In this document: positions 18,022-28,613 of the stretch, piece by piece
Position numbering within the stretch: the first letter of the stretch is position 1
How the letters are laid out: each line of letters opens with the position of its first letter
Origin: a virus
Lineage: Duplodnaviria > Caudoviricetes
Reading direction: 5' to 3' (one strand)
IMG/VR virus record: IMGVR_UViG_3300037601_000088
Location: 1 to 64,000 of that record
DNA: 64,000 nucleotides
Position numbers and translations under genes: made by a program
Notes under the pieces: generated by a model
What the model was told of the DNA's origin: nothing
The model's input: the letters and a program-made list of their open reading frames with translations, nothing else
Databases searched by the model: none

Positions 18022-19632
18022 ATGATTTTAAAAAATCAGAAAATTTCTATAAAAGTTCATTATACTAATATTGATCATTTAAAATCTAAAGGATATAATT
18101 GTTCTTTAGGTGATACACTTGAAATTTATGCTGAGGATTTAAAAGAAAAATCCAACATCAATGTCAAGTGTGTTTGTAATCAATGTAAAAATGAATACGA
18201 ACAGCGTTTTTCAAGAAATACGGAAATCTGTTATGACTGCCGTAAAAAAGAAAAAAGAAAAACATTTAAAAATGTAAGAAATAGAAAGATTAAAGATTCT
18301 GAATTATATAGAAATTTTTTTGAATCTTTAGATTTTTCTAAGATTGAATATAAAGATGTAATTAATTCTTTTTTAGAAAAATATTCCATACAATTAAATT
18401 ATGCAAATCTCAAACAGATTTTAGATGAATTAGAAATAAAACACGAGAAAAAAGAGCACAAATATTTTATAGGTAATATTGAAACATATAAAAAAGATTG
18501 TAGAAAGTATTCTATTCAATATGTAAAACAAAAATATAATCTTCTTCACCATCAAATTCTTCTTCTATGTAAAAAATATAAAATAAAAAAACCATTAAAT
18601 CAGTGGGAAATAGATTCTAATAAAATTGAAGAAAAATGGAATGATATAATTGAGTTACAAAAAACAAAGAGTATACCAGAAATTATTAATGAATTGGATC
18701 TTCCGATATCCGATTCTAAATTGAGAGTGATTTTTAATCAAAAGAAAATTCCAATAAATTCTCATTCATATAACAAATCCAAAGGTGAGATTGAAATTTT
18801 AAATTATGTCAAATCTCTTGGATTTGAAGCATATTCAAGAAAATTCAAAACATCAGATGGAATTAAAGAGCTTGATATTTATATCCCTGATATTAATTTA
18901 GGTATAGAATATTGCGGCCTTTATTGGCATAGTCACGAAGTTTTAAAAAATAAAAATTATCATAAAAATAAAACAAAACTTTTCAAGAATGAATATAATA
19001 TAAATGTTATAACTATTTTTGAAAACGAATGGAAAAACAAACCAGATATAATTAAATCTATTTTACATTCAAAATTAGGGGTTTCAAAAAGAATTTATGC
19101 CCGAAAAACTGAATGTAAAATTATATCTTCTCATGATGCTAAAGCATTTCATGAAGAAAATCATATTCATGGTTATGTAAATAGTTCTTTAAATGTTGGA
19201 TTATTTTATAATAGTGAATTGGTAGGATGTATGTCATTTGCTAAAAATAGGTTTGCTAAAAATAAAAATTATGAAATAACGCGTATGTCATTTAAATTAA
19301 ACCATACCATTGTTGGCGGTGTTAGTAAAATGTTTAAGTTTTCCGGTTTAAATGATGTAACAACATTTGCTGACTTAAAATTTGGTGAAGGCAAATCTTA
19401 TGAAAAGATCGGATTTGATTTTATAGAAGAAACTCCACCAAACTATTGGTACTTTAACAAAAATACAATGAAATTAGAATCTAGAATTCAATATCAAAAG
19501 CATAAATTAAAAGATAAACTAGCGATATATGATGAAGAATTAACTGAATATGAAAATATGATTAACAACAATTTTTATAGAATATATGATTGCGGAAGTA
19601 ATAAATTTGAATATAAAAAAGGCCAGGAATAA
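18022..19632 (+). mobile_element. Hef-like homing endonuclease (PD-(D/E)xK / Vsr-like domain plus C-terminal domain)
   Basis: N-terminal CxxC zinc motifs, SKGE.EI, ELDIYIP...LGIEYCGLYWHS, IFENEW, RIYARKT, RIYDCG. Confidence 0.75.
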
Positions 19633-19643
19633 ATCCTGGCCTT
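19615..19643. terminator. Intrinsic terminator between convergent genes
   Basis: AAGGCCAGGA ataaa TCCTGGCCTT with A-run. Confidence 0.75.
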
Positions 19644-19675
19644 AGTTGTCGGCGACTCTTTTATTTTTTAGTTAT

Positions 19676-21679
19676 TTATCCGCCGAATTGTCCCACAACT
19701 TCTTCAAATTCGACGCCAGTTCTTACGGCTACGAAATTTAGCACGATTTCATTAATCGATTTTGCAGGTTTTATGTAGATATCTCCAACAAATTGATTGT
19801 TATCGATAATTTCGCCTGTATTGTTTGTTTCATCACAAACCACTCGGAAGTCGTAAATACCTCTTCGACCCTGAATATCACGAAGATATGGAACAACCAT
19901 ATTTCTGAACTGAGTTCTTGTAAAGGCATCGTTGAATTCAAAGAGAAGAATTTCAGATGCAGTAGCGATTGCTTTTTGTAGAACAATGAACAATCTACGA
20001 ACATTAATTCGATTGAATGCTGAATTTCTACCAAGAGCTGTTTTATCACCAAATAGAACTGTATCTTTATTTCTTTGAGAAATAACTGGGTTTATATCGT
20101 TTTTATAAAGTTCATCTCTCTGAGCTTTATTTGGATTAAATGCCAGTTTAACAACATTCTTGATCTGGCCTCTTTGATAACCAGCCGGTGACCACCATGG
20201 ATCTCTTTCACGGTCTGTTCTTGCCATTAATCCAGCAATATCACCATTTAAAGGAACCCATCTATATATGTCATTAAAAGGATCGTACTGATATTTGTAT
20301 CCTGAGTCAATGACCTGATAAGAGGTTGATCTTAAAACGCTTCTGAACTGTGTTACATCTTCGAGAACATCAAGTGGATTATTCACAACATCAGCATGTT
20401 GAGGAGAAACAACAGAAACACAATCTTTTCTTACAGTTGTAATATTGTCAGAAATGTAATTGGCAAGACCTTCGCCGTGAACACCATGAGCAGATTTACC
20501 TGTCATAATGACAGATACATCAACTTCTTCAGGATCTTTAAACTGGTTATAAGCATCCCTTAAATTTGTTAAAGGAATTGCAGATTCTGATAAAGAGTCT
20601 GTACCATTACTAAATGATTTAGTAAATGGATAAGTCGTTACAGCAGTCATATTAACGGCAGTATTTGAAACTGATCCGGCCCTATCATTAGCAAACCAAA
20701 TATATTTTGAACCAGTATGAATGGCATCTTTAACATATAAAGATCCACCCTGCTCGCCTTTAGCATCAGTTGCTCTTGATAAACCTTCAAAAACTTCTAG
20801 GACTGTTCCTGGAGACTGAGTAAATTCACCGTCTTCGTCAATAACAACCACATGAAGTTCGTCACCTACACCGCCTCTTGCTTCAACATAGGCAGAAGTA
20901 CCTGGCGCTCTGTCGACAACATCATAATATTCCCACTTACGAGAAAGAGTTGTTAGAGTGGTATTTGCTATAACATTATATGCTGAGGTAAAATTAATAT
21001 CAAATGAAGCAGTATTGCCATCAGTAGAAATATCATCTATTGTTAAAATTTTCAGTTCTTGAATACCGACTGATGTATTTCCTGAAGTAACGATATCACC
21101 AGATTGAAGAACGTCTTTAATAGCAGCGGCTTCAGTGTTTGCATTGTCTGTATTTGCGCCGGTAATTGTAACTGTTGCTACGCTAGAACCAGTTGTGAAA
21201 TCAATTTCTAGATTTGCAGTATTCCCAGAAAAGTCGGATGAATAAGCCTGAGTAGAGTCACAAACAGAAACTTTAAGAGAATTACCCATGAGTCCTGGAT
21301 ATTTCGCAACATAATAGGCAGTACCTGGTAATGTAGCAAAATTGACTTCGTAATCGGTTTCATTTTTAATTGTAGTATTTGCCACAGCTGAATTACCAAC
21401 AGTTGCATTATATGCATTCGCATCTGCGGCTCTAGAAACATAAAGTTTATCTGCATATGCTAAATAATTGTGCGCAGTAAAATAAGTTTCAAAGTTGTTT
21501 GAGTTAGGTCTGCCAAAACGTAATTCTAATTCTCTCTGGGAAGTAATATATTCTCTGTCTTCGACAGGCCCCCATCTAAAAACTCCGCCCACGGCACCAA
21601 TTGTTTCTGCAATATTTGATACAAAATGCGTAAGATCAAACTCACGAACTGTAACTGCAGGACTTACTGAAAAAGCCAT
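19676..21679 (-). CDS. gp18: Tail sheath protein
   Basis: SPAVTVREFDLT, FRWGP, WWSPAG..RG, RINVRRLF, FEFND.FTR, YIKPAKSIN. Confidence 0.97.
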   Translation of the reverse strand: MAFSVSPAVTVREFDLTHFVSNIAETIGAVGGVFRWGPVEDREYITSQRELELRFGRPNSNNFETYFTAHNYLAYADKLYVSRAADANAYNATVGNSAVANTTIKNETDYEVNFATLPGTAYYVAKYPGLMGNSLKVSVCDSTQAYSSDFSGNTANLEIDFTTGSSVATVTITGANTDNANTEAAAIKDVLQSGDIVTSGNTSVGIQELKILTIDDISTDGNTASFDINFTSAYNVIANTTLTTLSRKWEYYDVVDRAPGTSAYVEARGGVGDELHVVVIDEDGEFTQSPGTVLEVFEGLSRATDAKGEQGGSLYVKDAIHTGSKYIWFANDRAGSVSNTAVNMTAVTTYPFTKSFSNGTDSLSESAIPLTNLRDAYNQFKDPEEVDVSVIMTGKSAHGVHGEGLANYISDNITTVRKDCVSVVSPQHADVVNNPLDVLEDVTQFRSVLRSTSYQVIDSGYKYQYDPFNDIYRWVPLNGDIAGLMARTDRERDPWWSPAGYQRGQIKNVVKLAFNPNKAQRDELYKNDINPVISQRNKDTVLFGDKTALGRNSAFNRINVRRLFIVLQKAIATASEILLFEFNDAFTRTQFRNMVVPYLRDIQGRRGIYDFRVVCDETNNTGEIIDNNQFVGDIYIKPAKSINEIVLNFVAVRTGVEFEEVVGQFGG

Positions 21680-21698
21680 TTAAAAATATCCTTCATTG

Positions 21699-21727
21699 TT
21701 GTTTTCTTTTAGTTTATAGATATTTAT
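21699..21727 (-). repeat. 29-bp direct repeat, copy 2 (gp18 leader)
   Basis: Identical to 16804-16832. Confidence 0.85.
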
Positions 21728-21814
21728 GACTTTTGGTGTTTACAAATTAAATAAATCGTTTAAAATAAAAATTAAAGACGGGCTATTTAATAAATATATG
21801 AAAAGAGAGAGAGA

Positions 21815-22210
21815 ATGATATCCTTTGAAAAATATCTAAACGAATCTAGAAACGTTAATATGGATGTGCAAAAATTGAAAAAAGTTTTTGCTAAAAGTGA
21901 GAAAGAAGTGAATAAAATTTTGCAAAAAGACGCGGGTTTTAAGAAAACACGCAGAGTAGGAATGTTCAATAAAATAGAAGAAATTGAACCTGGCCACTTT
22001 TTCTTTTTGTTTGATGGTTTTCTAGGTGGTAGAGTCCGTTTTAATAAAAACGGTACTGTAGACGAAAACCAAGATACAAGTAAAACAGCTAAAGATTTTG
22101 ATACAACATATAGATCAGTAGACGAATGGTATAAAAATCTTATAAAATCACAACTGCCAATGGATATGTGGGATGAAGTTGCTAAGCAAATTAAAGGTAC
22201 GCTTCATTAG
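21815..22210 (+). CDS. Putative internal head protein with capsid-targeting-like leader
   Basis: N-terminus MISFEKYLNE; AATAAATA late-like element at 21789. Confidence 0.55.
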   Translation: MISFEKYLNESRNVNMDVQKLKKVFAKSEKEVNKILQKDAGFKKTRRVGMFNKIEEIEPGHFFFLFDGFLGGRVRFNKNGTVDENQDTSKTAKDFDTTYRSVDEWYKNLIKSQLPMDMWDEVAKQIKGTLH

Positions 22211-23811
22211 AAGCTAAAAGAATTATCTTCTAATTCAAATCCATCTTGAACAATACCAAACGGAAGAAGAGACCTTTCAACGGCTTCTTCCGTTTGTTCT
22301 CTTATAGCTTCGGCAATTTCTTTATCTGTTATTTGATCGATAAATTTTACCCAACAAAGCCAAGCAAATAAAACAAGTGTCATAGCAAGATCATCATTTT
22401 TACCGGTTTCAGCCTCGTAACTTTTACCTTTTAAAGAAAAGGTTTTAAGTTCTGAGTTTGTTTCAGGGCATTGTGTAATTAATTGTTCTTGCTCAATTAA
22501 AACTTTTAGAAAATGACAGCCATTAATTTTTGTTTGGTGGCTTGTTTTAAGTCCTTTATCAGAATCGCCTTCATATGATATTTGCTTACCATTTCTACCT
22601 TTGGTTTTGGTATGAACAAGGTTAGATTCAAGTTCAAAAAGATTATTTGCTACTTCCTCACCATTATCATTAAGTTCGCATAATATATAAGCATCATTAT
22701 AGATTGTTGCAAATTTATGACAAACCATTGCAAAATCAACAGCATTGATCATATTATTTCTATATGTTAATACTTGTTTAAAAGGTTTTTCTGATACATC
22801 TATAATTGATAAAGCTGAATAATCTAAACCCTTCCCCCTTGAAACATCAACGGTCATCACATATATATGATTATTTCTAGAGCCATCTGGAAGAAATGGA
22901 GTTTCATATTGATTAGTATGAGCATCATAGTGTATAAGAGTGCCTGATTCAATTCTTCCTAAAGCAGAACCAGATATAAGGGTAGAGGAAGATCCATGGA
23001 AAGATAGCGCATATTCTTGGTCAAATACTCTCTGATCACCATTACATTCTTCTTCAAGAGTTTTCTTTGCCCATTCATCATCACGACCTGGAACTTTCCA
23101 CCAAGGAACTTCAACGATTTCAATCGAAGAACTCTTTTTACGGGCAGTCTTAACCTGGGTATAAAAATGATTCATACCGTTTGGCGTTGAGGAATAAATC
23201 TTACGAGTTGTTTTACCTGATGCAATAACAGGAAGAACAGCACTTGAAAACTTCTTCCAATCATCAATGAAGGCTACCTCATCGATATAAAGCATATAAA
23301 GAGTCTTACCTCGGATTGAATTACCCTGAGAAGCTGAACAAATGATTTCTGAACCATTATCAAATTTAATTGATTTAGCATTCCATTTAACAACACCAGG
23401 TTTTAGCCAATCTGGCAAATGTTCGAAAGCTAGCTTAATTCTTTCCATAATCTCAATAGCGGTTTCAAGCTTGTTAGCTAAAACGCCAATTCTTTTATTT
23501 TTTAAGAATATTGCTGCATGGAGAAGAATTGCTGTCACAACTGTCGTTTTACCTGACTGTCTTGACTGATTAAGTATTGTAAAAAGACCAGTTGAAGCTT
23601 TTAATATAGCCTCTCTTTGATATTCAAATAATTTAAGAGGTATCAATCCGTGGTCTGGATGAATGATTTTGAAATATGTTTCGGCAAAATATGCAGGATC
23701 TTCTTCACATTTTAAAAGCTCTTCTTGCTGATCAAAGGTATATCCCCGCTCACTATTAGCCCTTGGTAAATGTATATTATTGTTATAAAATTGCGGGCCT
23801 TGATTAAACAT
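22207..23811 (-). CDS. gp17: Terminase large subunit
   Basis: SRQSGKTT Walker A, YIDEVAF Walker B, STPNGMNHFY, DVSRGKGLDYSA, NDDLAM. Confidence 0.97.
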   Translation of the reverse strand: MFNQGPQFYNNNIHLPRANSERGYTFDQQEELLKCEEDPAYFAETYFKIIHPDHGLIPLKLFEYQREAILKASTGLFTILNQSRQSGKTTVVTAILLHAAIFLKNKRIGVLANKLETAIEIMERIKLAFEHLPDWLKPGVVKWNAKSIKFDNGSEIICSASQGNSIRGKTLYMLYIDEVAFIDDWKKFSSAVLPVIASGKTTRKIYSSTPNGMNHFYTQVKTARKKSSSIEIVEVPWWKVPGRDDEWAKKTLEEECNGDQRVFDQEYALSFHGSSSTLISGSALGRIESGTLIHYDAHTNQYETPFLPDGSRNNHIYVMTVDVSRGKGLDYSALSIIDVSEKPFKQVLTYRNNMINAVDFAMVCHKFATIYNDAYILCELNDNGEEVANNLFELESNLVHTKTKGRNGKQISYEGDSDKGLKTSHQTKINGCHFLKVLIEQEQLITQCPETNSELKTFSLKGKSYEAETGKNDDLAMTLVLFAWLCWVKFIDQITDKEIAEAIREQTEEAVERSLLPFGIVQDGFELEDNSFSF

Positions 23812-23819
23812 GTTTAAAA

Positions 23820-24221
23820 TTATGTATTCTTTTTAGCTTTTTTTATTTCTTGAGCTGCTTCTAATGCATCACTAAAAGAACCTACAAAAAGATTATTATT
23901 TGTAACAGCTGAAACTGGAGCATCACCATCTTTTCTTTCGGATCTTTCTTTTGATGCTTCAATTAATGCTTTATTTGCATTTACAACGCTATTCATCATC
24001 GTTGCCAATGTTCTATAATAGTCAGGATCTTGAGATTGTTTGGTAAGTTTAGAAAGCTGAACGAATGAATCCTGAGCAGTTTCAATCACCTCAATCATAT
24101 TTGTTCTTACTTGATCTAAATCATCTATTAATGTTTCATCATTGGTTTTGTCAATAGGAACAAGTTCAACTGGTTTATTGTTGTTTAATATAGGTAAATC
24201 TAAAGGGTTGTTTTTAGCCAT
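23820..24221 (-). CDS. gp16: Terminase small subunit
   Basis: DD...VR.NM...I, VTNNNLFVGS; upstream of gp17. Confidence 0.85.
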   Translation of the reverse strand: MAKNNPLDLPILNNNKPVELVPIDKTNDETLIDDLDQVRTNMIEVIETAQDSFVQLSKLTKQSQDPDYYRTLATMMNSVVNANKALIEASKERSERKDGDAPVSAVTNNNLFVGSFSDALEAAQEIKKAKKNT

Positions 24222-24222
24222 T

Positions 24223-24687
24223 TTATATCTCCAACGGGATTCTTCTTAATTCACAAAAATTTTTGATATATTCTAACAATTTTTTATCTACTCTTTTTTC
24301 ATCTATAATTATTTGTTTAACATATTTATCAAAAGGTTTGATTTCTTTAGCTAAAACTGTTTCTTCATACTCATTTTTGGTATAAGGATCTTTTCCAAAA
24401 TCATCGCCGGATAGTCTTGTGAAGGTATTATTACTATAATTTGCCCAATAGTTATAAGGAACTATTTTATAACGTTGTGACAGTTTTCTTTGATTCATAA
24501 TAATAACACATGGCCCGAATAACCTAGCAGTTTTTTGTCTTCTAGAAAAAGAAATAGCAGGCTTAACCGAACCAAACCCTACCATTGAGTTTTTCATTAA
24601 TATCTGGTAACAATTATATGGAGAAGTACCATGATAAAGATCTGCCATTCTAGCTTCTTCAAGGTATTGTTTAAAATTATCTGGCAT
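24223..24687 (-). CDS. ADP-ribosyltransferase-like protein with capsid-targeting-like leader (paralog A)
   Basis: MPDNFKQYLEE; LYHGT, ISFSR, QRKLSQRYKIVPY, NEYEE. Confidence 0.55.
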   Translation of the reverse strand: MPDNFKQYLEEARMADLYHGTSPYNCYQILMKNSMVGFGSVKPAISFSRRQKTARLFGPCVIIMNQRKLSQRYKIVPYNYWANYSNNTFTRLSGDDFGKDPYTKNEYEETVLAKEIKPFDKYVKQIIIDEKRVDKKLLEYIKNFCELRRIPLEI

Positions 24688-24693
24688 AACTGG

Positions 24694-25938
24694 TTAAAAC
24701 TTAAAATTAAAAAGGTATTTCATGTTATCAGGAACAAATTTCAATATCGCTTGCTCTGTCTTGGGAGAAATAACCATTATAGCTTGGTCTGAATTGAAAT
24801 ATCCTAAGTTTTTACTTATATAAGACCAAAAATCTACCTGAGTGCTTTTACCTTTTTTATCAATTATTTTAATATATAATGGTAAATATTTATTTACTTT
24901 ATCTGGTGAAGCACTATATAAAAATTTACCAATACTAAAAAATTCAGGATAACTCAATAAATCATAATCTACTAAAATCTTTAACATTTTTTGGCTTTTA
25001 AAAATAGCTTCCCATTCTAAAAATTCTACAATATCATCTATTGAATGTTGTTTAATTATTTCTTCAAAATAATTTTCAGGATTAATATCTTTTTCTGCTA
25101 ATGATGACCACAAATAATCGAAATCATTCTTATTAGAAATTATTGCTTTTATCATTTTGTCTGTAATTATTTTACTGGGATATAAATTAAATGAATTTCC
25201 ATATGTTTTTTTAATCAAAGACACTAGTTGAGATTCTTTGAAAACTTTTCCAAATACCCATGGATATTTTGAATGAAATTTATCTGGGTCTACGAACATA
25301 TCTCTTTCATCCATAAATCCTTCATATCCTGATTCAAAATGAATTTGAAATTTTCTATCATCTTTAGTTATAATGATATAAAGAGGACCTTCTCTGTTAT
25401 AACTATTAAAATAATTTACGCTTTTAGCAGCGGCAGTACACCATTCTGTACCACGACCTAGAATACAAGATGCTTTTTCTGTCTTAGGAGAAACAACCAT
25501 TCCTTCTGAGCCTTTATAGATAATGTTGGAATTCTTTAGCGCATTATCCCATTCTTCCTGTTTAGCTTCTTTTCCTGTTCTGGAATTTTCTAGTTTTTCT
25601 TCAACAGTTTCGATAAAATCTCTGTATGTTTTATATGAATTAATGTCTTTTTCACGAGGAGATAAAAGGTTCTTTCTACGTTCAAAAATTTCTAATCGTT
25701 CTGTTACCTTATAAAGATCTTCAAATTTTAAACGTTCACTTATATTTTTATGGGTTATCTGATTAATAATCCATTGTAAATATATTTTTTTCCTAGTGGG
25801 GTCTGAGTCTACTGTGGCTTTCCAAAGTGCTTCATAACCGGCTCGAGAGGTATTCATACCAGCTTTTCTAAAACTATCATAAAAGTATTGTTTAAGAAAA
25901 TTTACACGATTTTCAAAAAGTAAAGTAAAAGTAATCAT
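24694..25938 (-). CDS. Hypothetical protein with G.GT.WCTA domain; possible internal protein
   Basis: MITFTLLFE leader; DPT..K.Y..WI, KDINSY, LGRGTEWCTAA, GPLYII, KFQIHF. Confidence 0.6.
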   Translation of the reverse strand: MITFTLLFENRVNFLKQYFYDSFRKAGMNTSRAGYEALWKATVDSDPTRKKIYLQWIINQITHKNISERLKFEDLYKVTERLEIFERRKNLLSPREKDINSYKTYRDFIETVEEKLENSRTGKEAKQEEWDNALKNSNIIYKGSEGMVVSPKTEKASCILGRGTEWCTAAAKSVNYFNSYNREGPLYIIITKDDRKFQIHFESGYEGFMDERDMFVDPDKFHSKYPWVFGKVFKESQLVSLIKKTYGNSFNLYPSKIITDKMIKAIISNKNDFDYLWSSLAEKDINPENYFEEIIKQHSIDDIVEFLEWEAIFKSQKMLKILVDYDLLSYPEFFSIGKFLYSASPDKVNKYLPLYIKIIDKKGKSTQVDFWSYISKNLGYFNSDQAIMVISPKTEQAILKFVPDNMKYLFNFKF

Positions 25939-26732
25939 TAATCTGCATCTTCTGTAAATTCATGAATAAACCCATAATTATCGTTTACATTAATTTGAGT
26001 ATATTCGACTGAATTATTTGCTTCGGTTGTTGGTTCGCCATTAGCAGTTAATCCAGGTCTTGTTGTTTGAACAAACATTTTATTTGACATTGCTGCATCA
26101 TCATAAAAATTAACAGTGATAAATTTAATTGGTTTTGCTTCAGGAACAGGGCCAAAAAAGAAATACTGCATTGTAAAATCAAATTGCCATATTATGACTC
26201 TACGAGCAAGAAAATCTCCTTCATAAGTATCATTTAACGACATTGAATTTAATACTATAGGCAATGAAAACAAATGATCGAGATTATCTAAGAGTTTTGC
26301 AGATACCGAAAGATTTTTAGCAAACAATGGAATTATTTGCTCTACTATTTGAAGACCATCTTCCATTTTATCTGAAATAACATTCAGTTGAAATTGTAAA
26401 TTATAAGGAACCGGCACATATGTCTTATATGCCCCAGTAAAAAGATTTTTGTTAAAATTTATTTGCTTTTCAGGTGCTTTATCAATGCCAACCAATTCAA
26501 AACCAATTCTAGGCAATATAATATTAAATTTCCTACCACCGTCTTCGTCAGCCTTTAATCTTGCAAGATCTTTCTGAATAGGAGAATATTGGATAGGAAC
26601 ATTAACAGTATGATCGACTGTTGCATCATCAGATTTTCTTTTGATTGTTAAATCATTAAAACGGCTGCCAAAGGCTACAATAGCTTTAACAAATAGTTCG
26701 TGATAAAAATAGGGTTGTACTGCTTCAGGCAT
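25938..26732 (-). CDS. gp15: Tail sheath stabilizer / terminator
   Basis: YFYHE...K.IVAFG..FN, VPIQY.P..K, LPRIGFE, PVPYNL, QIVEQIIP.F. Confidence 0.93.
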   Translation of the reverse strand: MPEAVQPYFYHELFVKAIVAFGSRFNDLTIKRKSDDATVDHTVNVPIQYSPIQKDLARLKADEDGGRKFNIILPRIGFELVGIDKAPEKQINFNKNLFTGAYKTYVPVPYNLQFQLNVISDKMEDGLQIVEQIIPLFAKNLSVSAKLLDNLDHLFSLPIVLNSMSLNDTYEGDFLARRVIIWQFDFTMQYFFFGPVPEAKPIKFITVNFYDDAAMSNKMFVQTTRPGLTANGEPTTEANNSVEYTQINVNDNYGFIHEFTEDAD

Positions 26733-27361
26733 TAATTACCATCCGTAAAGGGATTAGTTTCGGTAAAATCCAGGAAGTTATTAGCATCTAAGTCAAAAGT
26801 ATCACCCTGATCATATGGAACATTATTTGCAGCAGCTTCTCGGCTATATTTATCATCTATTGCGGATACACCTGTAGAAAATTGATCACCAGAAGGTGAA
26901 TATAATTTTGCAGTTAATTCATACATTTGAATTGAACCTAATTGATAAAAAGGAAGTGTTTGATCAAAATATGATATTTCATATAATGCATCTATAACTG
27001 GTATATAAAGACAATCACCTTCTCTAGGTCTTGATAAGGAGTCTGGTGTTCCTATAAACTCTTCAAATGATCTTTTGCTTATATTCACAACCATTTGATC
27101 CTCAATTTGAAGACCAAATTTTTCTAAGAATAATCCCTGACCCTCAAATGATTGACTATTCTTAATATAAATTTCTACATCTCTAGCTCTTGTATATTCA
27201 CGATATTCATATTCATTTAAAACACTATCCTCATTTATAGCAGTAAATGGTAGATATTTTATATCATGACCATATATTTTTATTGATTCCACAACAAGGT
27301 CCTCAATTAAACCTTGTTCGGATGAATTAGAAAAGTGATTAAAATATTGATTTGTCGACAT
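26732..27361 (-). CDS. gp14: Neck protein
   Basis: NQYFN, EQ.LIEDL..ESIKIYG, KFGLQI.D, RPREGD..Y.P, PFYQLG, NPF. Confidence 0.93.
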   Translation of the reverse strand: MSTNQYFNHFSNSSEQGLIEDLVVESIKIYGHDIKYLPFTAINEDSVLNEYEYREYTRARDVEIYIKNSQSFEGQGLFLEKFGLQIEDQMVVNISKRSFEEFIGTPDSLSRPREGDCLYIPVIDALYEISYFDQTLPFYQLGSIQMYELTAKLYSPSGDQFSTGVSAIDDKYSREAAANNVPYDQGDTFDLDANNFLDFTETNPFTDGN

Positions 27362-27421
27362 TATTTATATTTATAAAAATTTTGTTAGGCTATTTACATT
27401 ATGATTTTTGTTGTGTATAAA
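27362..27421. promoter_or_regulatory. Back-to-back late (TATAAATA, - strand) and early (TTTACA-17-TATAAA, + strand) promoters
   Basis: tatttata 27362-27369; TTTACA 27393-27398; TATAAA 27416-27421. Confidence 0.7.
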
Positions 27422-27454
27422 ACAATTATTGAAACCAAACAAAGGAATATATCA

Positions 27455-27820
27455 ATGACTCATCTTACAGTTAAAAAAGCTAATGAAATTTCTGCAGATT
27501 TTCTTAAGGAAATTCAAAAAATTGCAGAAAAGCATGGTGTTACTGTTCGTGCGGCGGGTGGTAAAGTTATGGATACTGAAGCAAAGCTTCATTTTGTCAT
27601 TAATACAATTTCTGAAAGTGGAGAAATTGAGACTAAAGAAGCAAAGGCGCTAAAGCAAATTTATCCTGGAATGTATGGTAAAGTTTTTAATTTCAATGGT
27701 GACAAATTCAAAATTACCGGTTATTCAACCCGTTCTTATAAACGACCATTTCTTGCAATGAATATTGCTAATAATAAAACATATAAATTCACTGAACAGG
27801 CCGTTAAAAACGTAGCCTAG
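27455..27820 (+). CDS. Hypothetical early protein
   Basis: Start ATG 27455 after AAGGA; the track's longer start overlaps the promoter. Confidence 0.7.
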   Translation: MTHLTVKKANEISADFLKEIQKIAEKHGVTVRAAGGKVMDTEAKLHFVINTISESGEIETKEAKALKQIYPGMYGKVFNFNGDKFKITGYSTRSYKRPFLAMNIANNKTYKFTEQAVKNVA

Positions 27821-27844
27821 TTTTATATAATTTATTAAAAAATT

Positions 27845-27869
27845 AAGGGCGCTAATGGCGCCCTTTTTT
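27845..27869. terminator. Intrinsic terminator
   Basis: AAGGGCGC taatg GCGCCCTT TTTT. Confidence 0.8.
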
Positions 27870-28611
27870 ATGCTATAATATCTCTAGCAGGAAGAACCAA
27901 ATCCCTATATTCATTTTCTATTTGATCAATTTCAGAAATTGCATCATTATAGATTTCTCTACCAGACAGAGTTATACCTCCTGGTAATTGAACTCCTTCA
28001 AACTTACTCATAACTGCACCCCATGTTTTCTTAAGGAGCGCTGTTGCATGTTTTTGAAACATTCTTTCAGACCAAATATTGGTATTCGTTTCGGGATCAA
28101 TTCCTTCATAAACTGTCATAATTAAATAATCGCCAACAACCAATTTATCAACATCAACATCTAAATGAAGTCTGTCAATTAATTTGTTATATCGAATAGG
28201 AAAATCCCCAACAAGAAGATCCTGTAATTCCTGTATTTGCAATTTATACATGTAATAAGGAACAAAAGATTCTCTATAAAGAGTCGGCATTTCATTTAAT
28301 AAAAATTGATATGTTGGATTAAAAATACCAGAACTCATTGTTGAAGAAGAAATTCTCCATACATTTGTTACACCTATGATGGTTTCCGGTAAATCTATGT
28401 ATGAGTTTGTGATATCATCGGAAGTTATTTGATGTTTTCTATGGATAAGCTCCGATCCATCAAAATGATAATCAATAAAATAAGCTAAAGCAATTTCAAC
28501 AGCGTCTTCAATTTGGTTGTCATCAACGTTAATCTGAATAACAGGATGGCCAAGCTGCCGCTTAATAAACTCTTTAAATTCTGCCCTGGTTGCTGGCTTA
28601 GATATACTCAT
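27868..28611 (-). CDS. gp13: Neck protein
   Basis: KP.TR.EFKE...RQLG.PVI.INVDD.QIED, YHFDGSE, WG...SKF.GVQLPGG.TL.G. Confidence 0.93.
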   Translation of the reverse strand: MSISKPATRAEFKEFIKRQLGHPVIQINVDDNQIEDAVEIALAYFIDYHFDGSELIHRKHQITSDDITNSYIDLPETIIGVTNVWRISSSTMSSGIFNPTYQFLLNEMPTLYRESFVPYYMYKLQIQELQDLLVGDFPIRYNKLIDRLHLDVDVDKLVVGDYLIMTVYEGIDPETNTNIWSERMFQKHATALLKKTWGAVMSKFEGVQLPGGITLSGREIYNDAISEIDQIENEYRDLVLPARDIIA

Positions 28612-28613
28612 AT

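Noticed and set aside
22207-23811. Intein or intron in terminase
   Set aside because: Length and motif spacing are normal for gp17; no splicing motifs
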